From assembly GCF_009914755.1 (NCBI RefSeq), contig NC_060930.1: a DNA stretch of 64,000 nucleotides. The stretch is one strand, 5' to 3'. The DNA is from the human T2T-CHM13v2.0 reference genome, Homo sapiens. This document shows, piece by piece, positions 30,428-45,972 of this stretch. The position numbers and the translations under genes were made by a program. Position 1 is the first letter of the stretch. Each line of letters begins with the position of its first letter. The notes beneath the pieces are model-generated. The model did not search any database. It saw only the letters and a list, made by a program, of their open reading frames with translations, and was not told the origin of the DNA.

Positions 30428-30862
30428 TGTATTAGTCCGTTTTCACAATGTATTAGCCCATAACTGTATTACTCACAGTTCCAGCCACGTGGAACTGTGG
30501 GTAAACTAAAGCTCTTTCCCAAGGAAAAAGGTTTCCCAAGGAAAGAGGTTTAGTTTACCCACAGTTCCTCGTGGCTTCCGAGGCCTAAGGAAACTTACAA
30601 GCATGGCAGAAGGCAAAGGGGAAGCAAGCTTGGATATTTTCACATGGCGGCAGGAGAAAAAAGTGAGGAGCCAAGGGTAAAGAGCCCCTAACAAAACCAT
30701 CAGATCTCAGGAGAATTCACTCACTATCACGAGACCAGAATGAGGGAAACAGCCCCCGTGATCCAATCACCTACTACCAGGTCTCTCCCGAGACACTTGG
30801 GGATTATGGGGATTACAATATGAGATGATATTTGGGTGGGGACATAAAGCCTAACCATATCA
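30428..30862 (-). mobile_element. THE1D/MSTA solo LTR with an internal templated rearrangement
   Basis: 'tgtattagtccgttttcaca' ... 'ctaaccatatca'. TSD TCCAC/CCCAC. Confidence 0.9.
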
Positions 30863-31134
30863 CCCACATAAGAGTTTCAAGCTAAGCAATCCATGTATGT
30901 GAGATTGCTGTGTTACCTATGATTAATTAGGTTCCAGGTTGATTCCGTTTGTTGCCCAACAAAAGCATTGCCATCATATGCATGACTGAAGCTGAATCAC
31001 TACACCCAGATTCCAAACAGTGAAAAGAGAAGAGTGAGCTTGGACAAACACATTCTTATGACCCAGTTCTGTATATCATCCATTTTCTATCTATTCACAC
31101 TTCATTGGTATGAAAGTAGTCACAAAATTATCAT

Positions 31135-31295
31135 GACAAATATTGAGATTGTGATTCAGGTTGCATTGTTTCTATACATATATCTTGGTAGAGATGATGA
31201 ATTTATAATATTGGTCTTCTCAGCCATCAATATGGCATATCTCTCCATTTATGTATCTGTATTTCAAACCACACTCAATAATGTTTGGCTATGCC
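31135..31295 (-). mobile_element. Short old L1 ORF2 fragment
   Basis: 'ttgcattgtttctatacata...tttataatattggtcttctcagccatcaatatggcatatctctccattt'. Confidence 0.6.
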
Positions 31296-33819
31296 TAACT
31301 GCCACAGATGCTGAGAAGTGCCACTTCCCTGTCTTGGAAGAAGAGAATAAATGTTCAGGGCATTATTGATTATTTAATAATGAAATCAGGACAAATTGAA
31401 AGTAAGCTTTATTTCACTGGAATGTATAACTTCAGGATCCATACTTTCTTATATTGAGTTTTCAACATCATGTAACAAGGAAAGTGAGTGTTTTAAAGTG
31501 TATATAAACTTAAGACATCATATCTAGCTCATCATTTTAATTTCTATATCAGAAGCTCTTTTCATTAAATATAATAAATTCTTCAGTATATATACCTTTA
31601 CTATTTTTAAAAAATGTGCTTATTTTTCTAAGTAAAAAGTAAAATAAACATATATATTTAATTATGTTCACTCTTTTCCAAATTGTGTACATTGTTTCAA
31701 CAGTTTGATAAAATAATTTATAATAAAAATATTGAATTTCATTAAAACTGAATACTAAATGTGATTACATCACTCTTTTTTACTTTTTTAAAAAAGAAGA
31801 ATTTCAAATTTCTAAGTAGCTATAATGACTTAAAATGCTGTTTTTCCCTTTGCTATTTTTGCTAATTTCCTCATTATTCTCATAATTTTTAAAACTCTTA
31901 TACTTTATATTTTATATCCTAATTTCCTGTACACTTGAAGTAACTGCTCCTTTTGGGATCCCAATGCTCCTTTCATCCTTACCATTAGATATAATCTAAG
32001 TTACCTTATTAGTCTTTAAGATATCTCAATGTTATTATTAAAATGTTTATTATTTTTTCTTTGAGCCTTTTAAGCAAAGGCTTTGATATTTTATTTTAGT
32101 TAATTTTTCATTTTATCTACACCTACTAATCTAGAAATTTCAGGGTGTTTTTCTAAATTACCATATAAATTCACAGTATAAACTACTAATTTTTTTTTTA
32201 GCTTGGTCCTATCACTAAAAATAAAAGATGTAACAATCAATTAATAAAATGAAACCGCTTAACCTTCCACCACATTTTTTTAATTATTAGTGACAAATGT
32301 TCCACAAAGTAAATATTTTGATCCACACATTACTATAGCCTATTGACAGTTTCAGAGAATGCAGTGTTGCATGTGTAATAATATTGTAAGCTAGAATACA
32401 AATCAGCATAAACAAATTTAGACTTTATCACAAATGTACTTAGTTACATATTAATTCCAAAAGCCACTCTTCTACCCATGGCTCTGTAAAAGATGAAAAT
32501 GAAAGAAAATAATATCTGAAACCTTTTGTCTCTGATATACTCATTTATCCAGGAAGAAAATTGCAAAGCGATAACATTAAGGCAGTTTTCCTATATTTAA
32601 CAAGAAATAAAAGGTCAATTGAAAGTAATAAACCTTTGTGATTTTCTAATCTAATTGCCATCAATGCACAAATTATTCTGAAAGAGAAAATGATTTAATA
32701 AGGGTTTACATTTGGCTTAGAAGAGACAAAGGAACTTGTCAAGAAGTGTTGGAACAGTTCTCATGATGGATATTTTTGAGAGTACTCTCATTATGTAAAT
32801 CAATATAAATATACTGTTGCTCTGTAGATGCATGTAAATGCTAGAAAGTTCAGATTCACAGATGCTATCTTCCCTAAAAAAAGCAGTTAATTTCAGGAGT
32901 AATTAATAACTTTTTGACCTCTATAGGAGGCTTGAAAAAAAGATAAAATGGAGATTATAAAGAGAAATAGAAGATATACTATTATCTGCTGGACCCCATT
33001 TTTTATTAGATCAAATATACAAGGAAGCCGGACTTCAAAGAAATATATTAAACACTGAATGCTAACATATTAACAGGATACAAATGGTCAATAATTACTT
33101 TCTCCCCCCTCAATCCTCTTTAGGTGAATTTCTTGAGAAATATTAAAAGGATCTTACTAATTCTGAAATAAGCTAGTAATATAGCATGCCTGAGGCCTTA
33201 TCTCATGTGAATTGAAAGTATGTGTCATATTTTAAGTAAATAGTAACAATTTAGAAAAAACCTTTCTATTGAAAATAAGTTTAAATGTTGGTGGCAAAGA
33301 TACTAAGAATCAAGCATAGATACCAATGACATTTTCACTTAAAGGTAGTAAAATTTTATAATCATTTTAATTATGTTTTTAGCACAACTAATGAGCAATT
33401 TGGCTTATTTTTGGGACACTCTGGAGGAAAACTATGGAACAATGACAAAAATTAAAACATATTTCCACTCCATGGTATATGATTTTACAGCATTTTACAG
33501 TTAATTCACAGTTTATCTCCCTAGCTAAACCATTTCTTGTCCCTTTTAGAGAAATAGATTTTCTATTCAATTGTTACAGTGCCATATCAATGTCATGCTC
33601 ATCATGTGAGTATTTCATGTTCTCTTTCTTGTTTGAATCAATGGATCAGTGGCCTCTGACTTTTGAACCAAGTCCAGACTGACCCAAACTCCAAAATGTA
33701 ATCAGCAGTTTATTTTGAAGATGTCAAGAATAGTACACAAAAAAGACATTGGAATTATTCTTATTATTTTCTATAATAGATGACCCAATATATCATCCAT
33801 ATATGATCAGATTTGTTTC

Positions 33820-35340
33820 TATGTAATTTATTTGTTTTAGGAGATTTGGGGGAGAGGGTTTAGATTCCTTAGAATTTTCTACATAATTAAACTATCATGT
33901 CAGTTGCTAATAAAGGCTGTTTCATTTTTCAGGGTATAAAGCCTTAATGTCTGATTTTCATTATCCTCTATCTCCATAATTCCCAATAGAAAAAAATTGA
34001 AGGGTTTGAGATTAAGTTGTTCCAGATTCCTATTAGAGTCACAATTTTGAAGTTGTTGATCCTCTGTATTGTATTTCCTATTATATTGTCTTGTATTTCA
34101 TTCACTTATGTTCTTACATTTCTTTTTCTATCCTTCGATATTCCTTTAGGTCTATTATTAATTTTTAAATTTCTTCAGATGGTTAATTAGTCCATCAATT
34201 TCTAATGGTTTTCTTCTCTAATATAATTATTCAGTCTATACTGTAAGCCTCATATAACTTCATCTCAAAACCACATATAGTATTTTATTACTTTTGAGTT
34301 TTAAATATTTCCAAATTTCCCTTATGTTTTCTAAAAATGGGTATGAATATTAAAATGAATTTCCTAATTTCCAAAACAGATATTATTTAAATTTATTTTT
34401 ATTTATAAAATTATTACATTATGATGAAATAGCATTACAAGATTTAAATTTTCACGGTTCCTAGAAGTTTCCTCAATGGTATTTAATTTATTTATTTCAT
34501 GTAATAATTTGAATTTGCTTATAATACTTGAATTCTGCAGTTGTATTTTTTAATATATGTTCCTTAGGTTCTTTGCTAATTATGTTACTAAAAAACCTAT
34601 ATTTCATTCTAAAAATTTTTTAACTTAAAGTGGTATGTATTAGTCTCATCCAATAATACACCCTTCTATCATGATACTCGCACTATTATTACATCTATAC
34701 ATATATGTGTGTATACCACTTTCACATATACTCTACATTATTATGTATGTAGTAACTTAAAGTTATACTAATTTCCTAGATAATTGAACTTTTATAGTTA
34801 CAAAGTAACCCCTTTAAACTCCATTTTTAAACAATGTCTATTTTATTTGGTGGTTAGACTTAGTTTCCTAGGTATAAAATTTGTACAAATATGTTCAACT
34901 TTTCTTCATATATGGTTTGACAGGTACATTTTTACACATAGTTGTCACTTTTTTCAAAGTCCAGTCTGACAATGATTAATTTTATATATGATAGACTACA
35001 GTTATTTTTATTGTTATATCATTATATTCATTACTATTTGTCTTGATTGATGTTTCTTTTTTCCTAATTTCTTGATTGCTTTTGATTCCATGTGTGTGTT
35101 GTCTTTTTGTTTTTGAAATTTGTTCTATTATTTTGAAATGCATACATTCTTCTTGAATTTCTTAGTGATTACCATATACCTTAGCACACTTTATCTCCCT
35201 TCACCGCTTGCCAATTTCTATGTTATTGCTGTCATAAATTTTAACTTTAGCTATTTTTTTCCTGTGTAAACTCCATATGTCATTAGTTTTTGGTGTTTTA
35301 TACTGTTGAATATTCCAGAACTTTCATTTGTTTTCATTAG
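33820..35340 (-). mobile_element. Highly decayed L1ME fragments
   Basis: 'gattccttagaattttctacataattaaactatcatgtcagttgctaataaaggctgtttc' plus further T-rich antisense L1 motifs. Confidence 0.55.
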
Positions 35341-35949
35341 CAATAATATACAGATTCTTGTTGGTACTTTAACCTTAAAACTTACCAGGAATAGAAGCCT
35401 CTTATCCTCTCTTTATTTTTAGCTTAAATATATGTGATGTATAACAATTTAAATGGTACTAGAAAATGTATAACAATCACAACAACAAATAAAATTCCAG
35501 CAGTCCTATGCCTAAATTCTTTCCAGCTCTCAATTCTACTTCCAGAGACATAAGTCTTTAAATATTTAAGATTGTTTTGGTAAGCCCCTTAACGTTTTAA
35601 ACTTCATTGTTCATTTTTTAAGCAAGAACAGCATCTGCACTCTTATGTTTTCTAAAATATGGTTTCTACATTTCTGTTTCTTCACAGAATTATTGAGTTC
35701 ATGTTTCGCTTGGTGTCATCTTCTCTCCTATTCTCTGATTTTTGGGATTGATATAGCTGTATTATTTTCCTAGTTTAGTTTCCCAGGAGATTAGATGCAT
35801 CTTTTATTTCTCTTTTTAGCTTTGTTTTCCTCTCTCAGTTTATGTTGTTACCATTCTCTGTATGTCTTCACTGGATTTCAGGCAAAGATAGTATCATTTG
35901 CAAGTCAAAAAAATGTATATGTCACAGAACATTTGTTAGACTTAGGATA

Positions 35950-36535
35950 GTTCTGTAAGGGTTAACATGACAGAGGTTAGGCAAAGATAAGTGAGAAAGG
36001 AAGCTGAAGAGACTGTCAGAAACCAGACTATGAAAAGTCTTAGGTGTCATACTTTGGGTCAGATAATGTAACAATGGAAAATAAAATTATTTAGCAGTGG
36101 AAAGGCAATGAAGGATTCTAGATACTCAAAATCTTATCTGCATCATTTAGAAACAGCTCAGCAGCTCGAGTTTAGAATGGAAGGGAGCGGGTGGAAACAA
36201 CCACCAAAAAGAAAAGTTTACAGCAATCAAAGGGAGGGATTGTTAAGAAGTGAACTGTGGCTGTGAGGATAAAGGAAAACAGATTTGTTAGGATGAGTGA
36301 GTTATATAAAAAGTTTTGAGTAGAAGTTGGTGATTAATTAAACATAAGAGGTGAAAGAGAAGTCAAAGATTATTGTAAGCCACGGGTCAGAAAACTTTTT
36401 TTTCTGTGAATGTCCACACTTTGCTGGTTTAAGCAACTAAGAGAATTATAGTGACATCACCTGAGATGGACACAAAAAGAACATGTTTGAATAGGAAGAT
36501 AATGAGTTCAGCTTTGGATATAACCAATCCAAATG
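35950..36535. mobile_element. L2 fragment(s)
   Basis: 'aaaccagactatgaaaagtcttaggtgtcatac', 'ggtgaaagagaagtcaaagattattgtaag', 'gaagataatgagttcagctttggatat'. Confidence 0.6.
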
Positions 36536-37185
36536 ACTAATATTTTTAGCTTCAACATTCTAGTTCTAAACTTCAATGTGGGTCCAAAAGAGAATGTCTG
36601 TTTATGGCAAAAAGTGCTATGCTCCACACACATGCCTAGACTTTGATTGCTATCATAGAGCTTAAACTTCATAATAATTATAGAAACATTACAAATTGGT
36701 TCTATTCTAAGGAAACAAAATACAAAAGCATTTGTTTTGTTGGTAATTAATTGCATGAGAGTAGAATTTTTCAAATATTCCTTTAAATAACAACAGACAG
36801 AGTGGCAGGCCCTTCTGAATATTTTACTTGGTCTACAATGTTTTGTTTTACTTTAAAAAAATCAAATTCAAATTCAAATTTGAAACTATCAAATTCAAAT
36901 TTGTATTTAATCAATCACATGAAGAATTTTTGACAAGTGGAAGCAAAATAACTAAAAATGTAATACATAAAATGAAAAGCCTACTTTACATTAAAAAATA
37001 AGACAGTAAAAGTAATTTTTAGAATGTTGAAAATAATGTCATTCAGAACAAGGTGAAGCATACTGTAACTTTTAAAATCAGAAAACTCTAAGTTTTATAT
37101 ATTACAAAGTCGATCATCAACCAAAGTTCATTTCCTTATTTCTACTGTACTTCTGATTCCGTGGCCCTGGTGTTAAAAGTATTAA

Positions 37186-37506
<321 letters not shown>

Positions 37507-38219
37507 CCTCCTCTATTTTTTAGTGCCAAAGAAATATGTTCAGTCTTCCAAGCAACTAGCCTTGTAGTCGTTTTTCATATCTGTCATACTGAATATTCAT
37601 GTTTGATTTGTCTTATGTCATTCTAATAATTTCTCATTAATTTACTTTTTATATAGGTAATACATTTACAGAGTTCAGTATCTGAATATAGGTTCCACAT
37701 CCACTGTATGGCAGCTTTATTTTCTAAACAGTCTTCTCACTAGAAAACAACTAGATCTTAGGAAAAATACATATTTTTTATTTTTTTCCTAAACTTTCAG
37801 AAAATAAAAGACTACTCCAGCCTCCTTTCCCCCACAATGTAACTAAAACTGGAACTCAAGAGCTGTAAGCAGTGAGCAGTGAGAAAGTGGTGGATGGTGG
37901 TATAATTTGGGCAAAGTCAATGGTGGTATTGCTATTGGGAGGCTATGCCCTGGGACTGTGGCATGGTAAATTGAACTTGATACTCCTTCCTTAACCAAGA
38001 TTAAAAAGATGGGGAGGTAAATCAAACAAAGATTCACATAAAAGGAAAATATCACCTATTGTGTCCTTATAATACATAACATTTTTTAATTGAATGAATA
38101 AAATAAAATTGATTTTGGGGTGCAAATCTATGTTTTGTTTTTAATGCTATTAAAATATCTGAAAGAAAAATATACACTGGATTATAGATCTTATTGATAG
38201 GCAATCTTTACTCCAGTAA

Positions 38220-38536
<317 letters not shown>

Positions 38537-38769
38537 TGATTACTAATTTTTAAAGGTTTTTCTTCCTGTTCTGGAAATGAAATATGGGAGAATCACATTT
38601 TCCTCTGAGTAAAAACAGCAATTTCAACTACTGTCTCTTCATCAATTCTAAATAGCAAAACAGTAAGTATAATTTTGAGTACCATAAATCTCTACTCTTC
38701 CTTTAAAAAAAATTGTACAGATTTAGACATATGTGATGTATGTGTGTGCATGTATGTGTGTGTGTGCAT

Positions 38770-38935
38770 ACCACTCATACATACTCAGCCATGAAAAAGC
38801 AATCGTGTCTTTTGCAGCAATATAGATGAAACTGGAGGCCAATATCTTAAGTGAAATAACTCTGAAACAGAAAATCAAATACTGCATGTTCTCACACGTG
38901 GGCCATTACATAATGTGTACACATGGATATAGAGA
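38770..38935 (+). mobile_element. L1MA/L1PB segment (end of ORF2/3'UTR start), inverted relative to the adjacent L1
   Basis: 'actcagccatgaaaaag...gatgaaactggaggccaatatcttaagtgaaataactctgaaacagaaaatcaaatactgcatgttctcac'. Confidence 0.85.
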
Positions 38936-39185
38936 TCCCATATATAACACACATATATATGTGTGTGTGTATATATATATCTATATATATCACATATATA
39001 TGTGTGTGTGTATATATATATCTATATATATCACATATATATGTGTGTGTGTATATATATATATGTCACATATATATGTGTGTGTATATATATACATATA
39101 TCTCATGTGTGTGTGTGTATACCCGGATTTAAAAATGTTATTTATATATATGTGTGTATATATATATGTATATATGTATATATAT
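38936..39185. repeat. Compound TA/TG minisatellite (~40-bp higher-order unit)
   Basis: The unit 'cacatatatatgtgtgtgtgtatatatatatctatatatat' occurs as two near-exact copies plus shorter variants. Confidence 0.9.
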
Positions 39186-40207
39186 CACATTTTCTTTATC
39201 CAATCCTCCATTGATGGACACTTAGGTTGAGCCCATATCTTTGCTATTATGAGTAGTTCTGTGATAAACCTACAGTGCAGGGATCTTTTATACACAATGA
39301 TTTATTTTCCTTTAGATAGATACCCAGTAGGGGGATTGCTGGATTGAAAGTAGTTCTATTTTTGTTCTTTGAGAAATCTCTGTACTGTTTTCTATAGAGG
39401 TTGTACTAATTTATGTTCCTACCAAGTGGACAAATGTTCCCTTTTCTGCACATTCTTGACAACATCTGTTGTTTTTTGATTTTTTAAAAATAGCCATTCT
39501 GACTGGTGTGCAATGGTATCTTGTTATGGTTTTAATTTGGATTTCTCTGGCATTATTGATATTGAGCACTTTTTAATATGCTTGTTGGCCATTTTGTGTC
39601 TTATTCTGAAAAATATTTGTTCATGTCCTTTGACTACTTTTAGTGGAGTTATTTGTTGTTTTTTTTGTTCTTGTTGTTGAGTCGTTTTACTTCTTTATAG
39701 ATCCTGGATATTAGTCCCTTGTCAGATGCATAGTTTTCAAATATTTTCTCCCATTCTGCAGGTTGTTTGTTCACTCTGTTATTTCTTTTGCTGTGCAGAA
39801 GCTTTTTAGTTTAATCAAGCCCTGTTTGTGTATTTTTGTTTTAGTTACATTTGCTTTTGAGGTCTTAGTAGTCGTGATCTCTTCGCCTAGGCCAATGTGC
39901 AGAAAAGTTTTTCTTAGGTTTTATTCTAGTATTTTTATAGCTTCAGGTTTTATGTTTAGATATTTAATCCATCTTGAGGTAGTTTTTCTATATGGTGACA
40001 GATAAAGGTCCAGTATTATTGTTCTGCATGTGGCAATCTAATTTTCCCAGTACCATTTATTGAATAAGGTGTCCTTTCCTCAGTGTAGGTTTTGGTTGAC
40101 TTTGTCAAAGATGAGTTGGCTGCAGGTATGTGGCTTTACTTCTGGGGTCCCTATTCTATTCCATTGATCTATGCATTTATTTTTATACCAGTATCATGCT
40201 GTTTTGC
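39186..40207 (-). mobile_element. L1MA/L1PB ORF2 3' portion
   Basis: 'cacattttctttatccaatcctccattgatggacacttagg', 'ttttgctgtgcagaagctttttagtttaat', 'ttttataccagtatcatgctgttttg'. Confidence 0.9.
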
Positions 40208-41555
40208 CTCTTTCTTTTTGAGATTTTAGTTGTTCTTCATTTAACATGTCAGACTGGAAAAAAGTACTGCACAGAACCAGCTCTTTATTCATCCTGTCAC
40301 ACTATCAGTCTATTCTTTGGTTTACAGTTTTACCCAACAAAGTAAGATAAATTTTTCTGAAAATACACAATTTACAGACATTAACAATTTGATTGCTTTG
40401 AATTACTTAATCAAAATTCTCCAGACGATTCATTATCCATAAAGGAATACTTTCACTATCCTCAGCATTATTTTGTAGAATTTTTGCTTTAAATATAAAC
40501 TGACAAACTGCTTTGTAGTTTCAAATGTTCTGGAATTGTGTGAATTGGGAAAGCATAGGTGTACATGTGAAATTATAATGGTGTCATATAACATGCACAC
40601 TTTCAACTTTTTAGTTATTTTTCATAAAATATGAATGTTTATCCCATGGCTGTTTAGTTTGACCAAAATCATCCTTCTGTCTAAATCACAATATAAACAC
40701 ATTTCTACCAACCATTTTAAATTATTTTTTAACTTGCCATATTTTTTCTATAAATATGCGAGCTTAAGAAATACCATGAAATCATAGGACTAGATTTCTT
40801 TGTTAGACAATATAAAACAGATCTTGACCTTTTCATGGCAAAATTTATATCATATAATTTTACACCTCTTGTGCCTGAATAACAATACATTATTAAAGAG
40901 TTTTTAATGAATGAATGGATAAATGAATAAATGTTTCAACAGAAGGCCTGAGATTATTGAATTAATTTTATCAACATGTATTTATTTAAAGCTATCATCT
41001 TGCCCTTATTACTAAATAATAGTATGGAGTAAATACAGACTTACTTAATGGCTAATTGGAAAGAACTTATTGTATGTAGATATATGTTCATTTGTTTCGC
41101 ATTTTATTATTTTAAATACCCATAAATTGAAATTAGGACTTCGTTTTATTTTTATACAGCCTTCATAATGATGAATGAATTTTAAATAATACATCATCTA
41201 TTTATTTACATATGGATTGCAAAAATATATTAACGAACATATCTTAGTTTTTTAAGAAAAAAATTCATGTGGGGTAAAGGTAAATTGATACATTCACACA
41301 AACAGGCAATTGTTGAATATTTCACGTATATTATGCTATTAGCTATGTACTAAATATCAAAATGATTTAAAAAATGATGTGGGGTTTTGTAGAAGGAATC
41401 AACATGTTTGGATTTATTTCTCATGGGAGGTTTTAGACAGGGCTGAGATGAGAAATACAGAAAAATAACATTATTTTAAGGAAATGTTTTGATGTTGCTG
41501 AGTTTGAAGTATTGTTGATCATTTAAGTAAAGCATCTATTCTAATGATTAGACAC

Positions 41556-41908
41556 TGTTTAGTTTTATATGTCTGTTTGGTTAGGCTGCATTCTCCGGTT
41601 ATTTGATCCAACACTAATCTAGGTGTTTCTAGGAAGGTATTTGGTTGAGGTGATTAAAGTCCTGATTGTCCAGCACAAGCTAGGTGGGAGTGATTGAATC
41701 AGTTGAAATGCCTTAAGAGTAAAACTAAAGCTTTTTCTGAAAATGAAGTACAACTATGGACATCAGAGTCAACTTATGCCCAAGAGTTACAGCCTGTCCT
41801 TCCTGATAGCCTGCCCTGCAGATTTCATACTTGCCAAATAAACCCCACAATTGCATAAGCCAATTCCTTGTAATCTCCTGTATATCCCTGGATGAACTTT
41901 GATTGTTA
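41556..41908 (+). mobile_element. Old MLT2 LTR
   Basis: 'ttatttgatccaacactaatctaggtgtttctaggaaggtattt', 'cccacaattgcataagccaattccttgtaat'. Confidence 0.7.
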
Positions 41909-41909
41909 C

Positions 41910-42535
41910 CGGGACTTTAGAATCAAAATCCCTGATTGAAATTCATACTTCACCACACATTAGCTAATTTCAAACAAACTAATTAAACTCTCAAGTCTTG
42001 GTTCCTCATTTGTTAAATATTAATAGTAACAGTAACAGTATCTGTTTCTTGGGTTGTTGTGAGGATTAATTGAGATAATCCATATTGTATTAGTCCGTTC
42101 TCAGGCTGCTATAGAGAACTGCCTGAGAATGGGTAATTTACAAAGAAAAGCGTTTTAATTGACTCACAGTTCCACATTGCTGGAAAGGCCTCAGGAAACT
42201 CACAATCATGATGGAAGGCAAAGGAGAAGCATGCACCTTCTTTATAAGGCAGCAGGATGGAGAAGGAGTGAGTGCAAGCAGGGGAAATGCCAGACACTTA
42301 TAAAACCATCAGATCTCGTAAGACTCATTCACTATCATGAGAACAGCATGGGGGAGCCACACCCATGATGCAGTTGCCTCTACCTCGTCCTTCCCTTGAC
42401 ACGTGGGGATTATGGGGATGACAATTCAAGGTGAGATTTGGGTGAAGACACAGAGCCGAGCCATATTACATATCAAAGCTTATTGCATAAGTAGTGTTTA
42501 GCACAAAGTATGTACTTAATGTTAGCTGCCATTTT
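41910..42535. mobile_element. MIR interrupted by an LTR
   Basis: 'cttggttcctcatttgttaaat...gggttgttgtgaggattaattgagataatccatat' resumes after the LTR as 'caaagcttattgcataagtagtgtttagcac'. Confidence 0.75.
42086..42468 (-). mobile_element. THE1D/MSTA solo LTR
   Basis: 'tgtattagtccgttctcaggctgctatagagaactgcctgag' ... 'gagccatatta'. Perfect TSD CATAT. Confidence 0.92.
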
Positions 42536-44642
42536 CTTAAAATATTATTACTTAGAAGAAGATCTACAAAAGAAGACAAATGATTGAAACTCAGGAGAGA
42601 CATCTAGATATGGCTGAACTTAGGGACCTTCAACATATAGAGTGGAAGATGACCCATAGTTTGTATAGGTTCATTCAACTATCAATTGAAGAATGCATAG
42701 GTGTTACCCAAGAGTAAACAAGATTAATGAGTAAATCTATTCACTCTACATGGAAGCTAAATTCCATTTTATAATCTCCACTCATAAATATTTGTTAGTG
42801 TCTTAGTTGAAACCGTAGAAAATATGATTACCACATTGTATGTAATAGAAAATAATGTAGTTTGCCTTGTGTTTAACACAACTTAAAACTGCCAGCATCT
42901 GCTTTATTCCTCAGTGCTTTGTTTCTGGAACCACAGATCTCTCTTCCCTACCAGTGTCCCTAATAAACTATTTGTCTTGAATACACATTTCCCAGGGTCA
43001 GTTTCTGCAGAGACAAATACTATGAGATGGCATTTGAAATTTGGTTAAGAGATCAAAGGTATTTGTTGCTCTTACTTTTGGGTGATTTAGAAAAAAAATA
43101 AAAATACTTTAAAAAGGTGAACATAGCTTCTCTACTATTTCATAGATAAACACAATAATACTGTCATTCACTATATATAACCAAAGTGTAAGTTAAAATA
43201 TTTGATTCTGGTGTTCTTATATATAATTTAGGGGAGTAGGTTGCTATCTGCCATTTATATCTTTGGATTGCTCTTCTGTTTGGTAAACTTTCACAATCAG
43301 TAGTAAGGGTATTCCCACTCTCATCTGAGACAGAAAGGAAAATTCCACAAAAAAGTACTGAAAGCAATCTGAGGGTTGAGGAAATACAGAAAAGTTACTG
43401 AGTCAAATATGATGATATGAAGAAACAAGCACTTGTTAGTATGACTGATAAACTATCACCTTAGAAATTGAGTAGAAGGTAATTGTCTCCATTATTTTCC
43501 AAGATAGAAACCAAATTTAAAAAGTCAAATTTAACAAATTTTGAGTTACAAGTAAAAAAAGCTAAACAATCTTGTGAAATATTTTCCCAGGAAAATGCAT
43601 TAGGCTTTAACGACTGCACACTGTGTAATGGAAAGCATTCAAATTTACCTAAGAAAAACGTTTTGTAATGACTTTATTTGTTTTTTATAAACCTGTGAAA
43701 TGATCATGTAAAAATTTCAAAGAGATACTCCCGGGTATGATGTTGAGAGGCAATTTTAGCACCTATTATAGAACTTCACAATGTAATATAACCTGTTGTG
43801 CCTTACTGCTTAATCACATAATGGCATTTATAAATTGTTCACACTGCTTTGCAAAAATGTCTTGCCATAACACTGTTACGGCAACATGTATTTTTATTGT
43901 TATTTTTATGACATGAGAAAACATATCAAAGCACTCAGGAAACATCCTATGTGAGTAGCCATAACAGAATCACCAAGCAAAGCAAGAACTTTGTGAACAA
44001 AGAGTATATGTAATCATAAGTATTATTTTTTCATAAAACATTGCTATTATAAAATGTGCCTATTTTTAAGCTTTTCAAAGACTCAGTTACAGAAACATTA
44101 TTATTGAAGCAAGGACAGTGAGACTACTTACTGTCACATTTTGTATATTTTCAAACAGGGAAATAAATTGATAATAATTTTCTATATCTCAGACAAATAG
44201 CAATTATTTATCATATTCTGTTATTGAAATCTATAAAATATTACAAAATATTTATACTAAATTGCTTATATTTTGATGTTATGTATACCTTATATCCCTG
44301 GTGACTATAAAATGAAGTTATAGATAAATTCCTAAAACGCTTAAGCAATAAAATATAAGTTTGTTATATGGTAATATAAAATCTTTTATGATTTTATTTA
44401 TAGGAACAGTGACATGGATCTGGAGGAGCCTATATATGGAAAAAAATGTATTGAATTAATTGCCAAACATTTGTGCTTTAGTTTTAAAAGCACATTACCA
44501 TGGAAATCATAATTCCAAAGAAATTTCTTTCATTACAGTTTCAAAAGAACCCAACTAAATTGTAAAAAGTGCCTTTCATAAATCTAATCTTAAGTAGTTA
44601 TCCTTCATAGACATATCTGCGTATTCAAAGATGGTGAGAGGG

Positions 44643-45972
<1,330 letters not shown>

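Noticed and set aside
38826-39230. 134-aa Y/I/V/C-rich ORF
   Set aside because: Translation of a stop-free TA/TG microsatellite.
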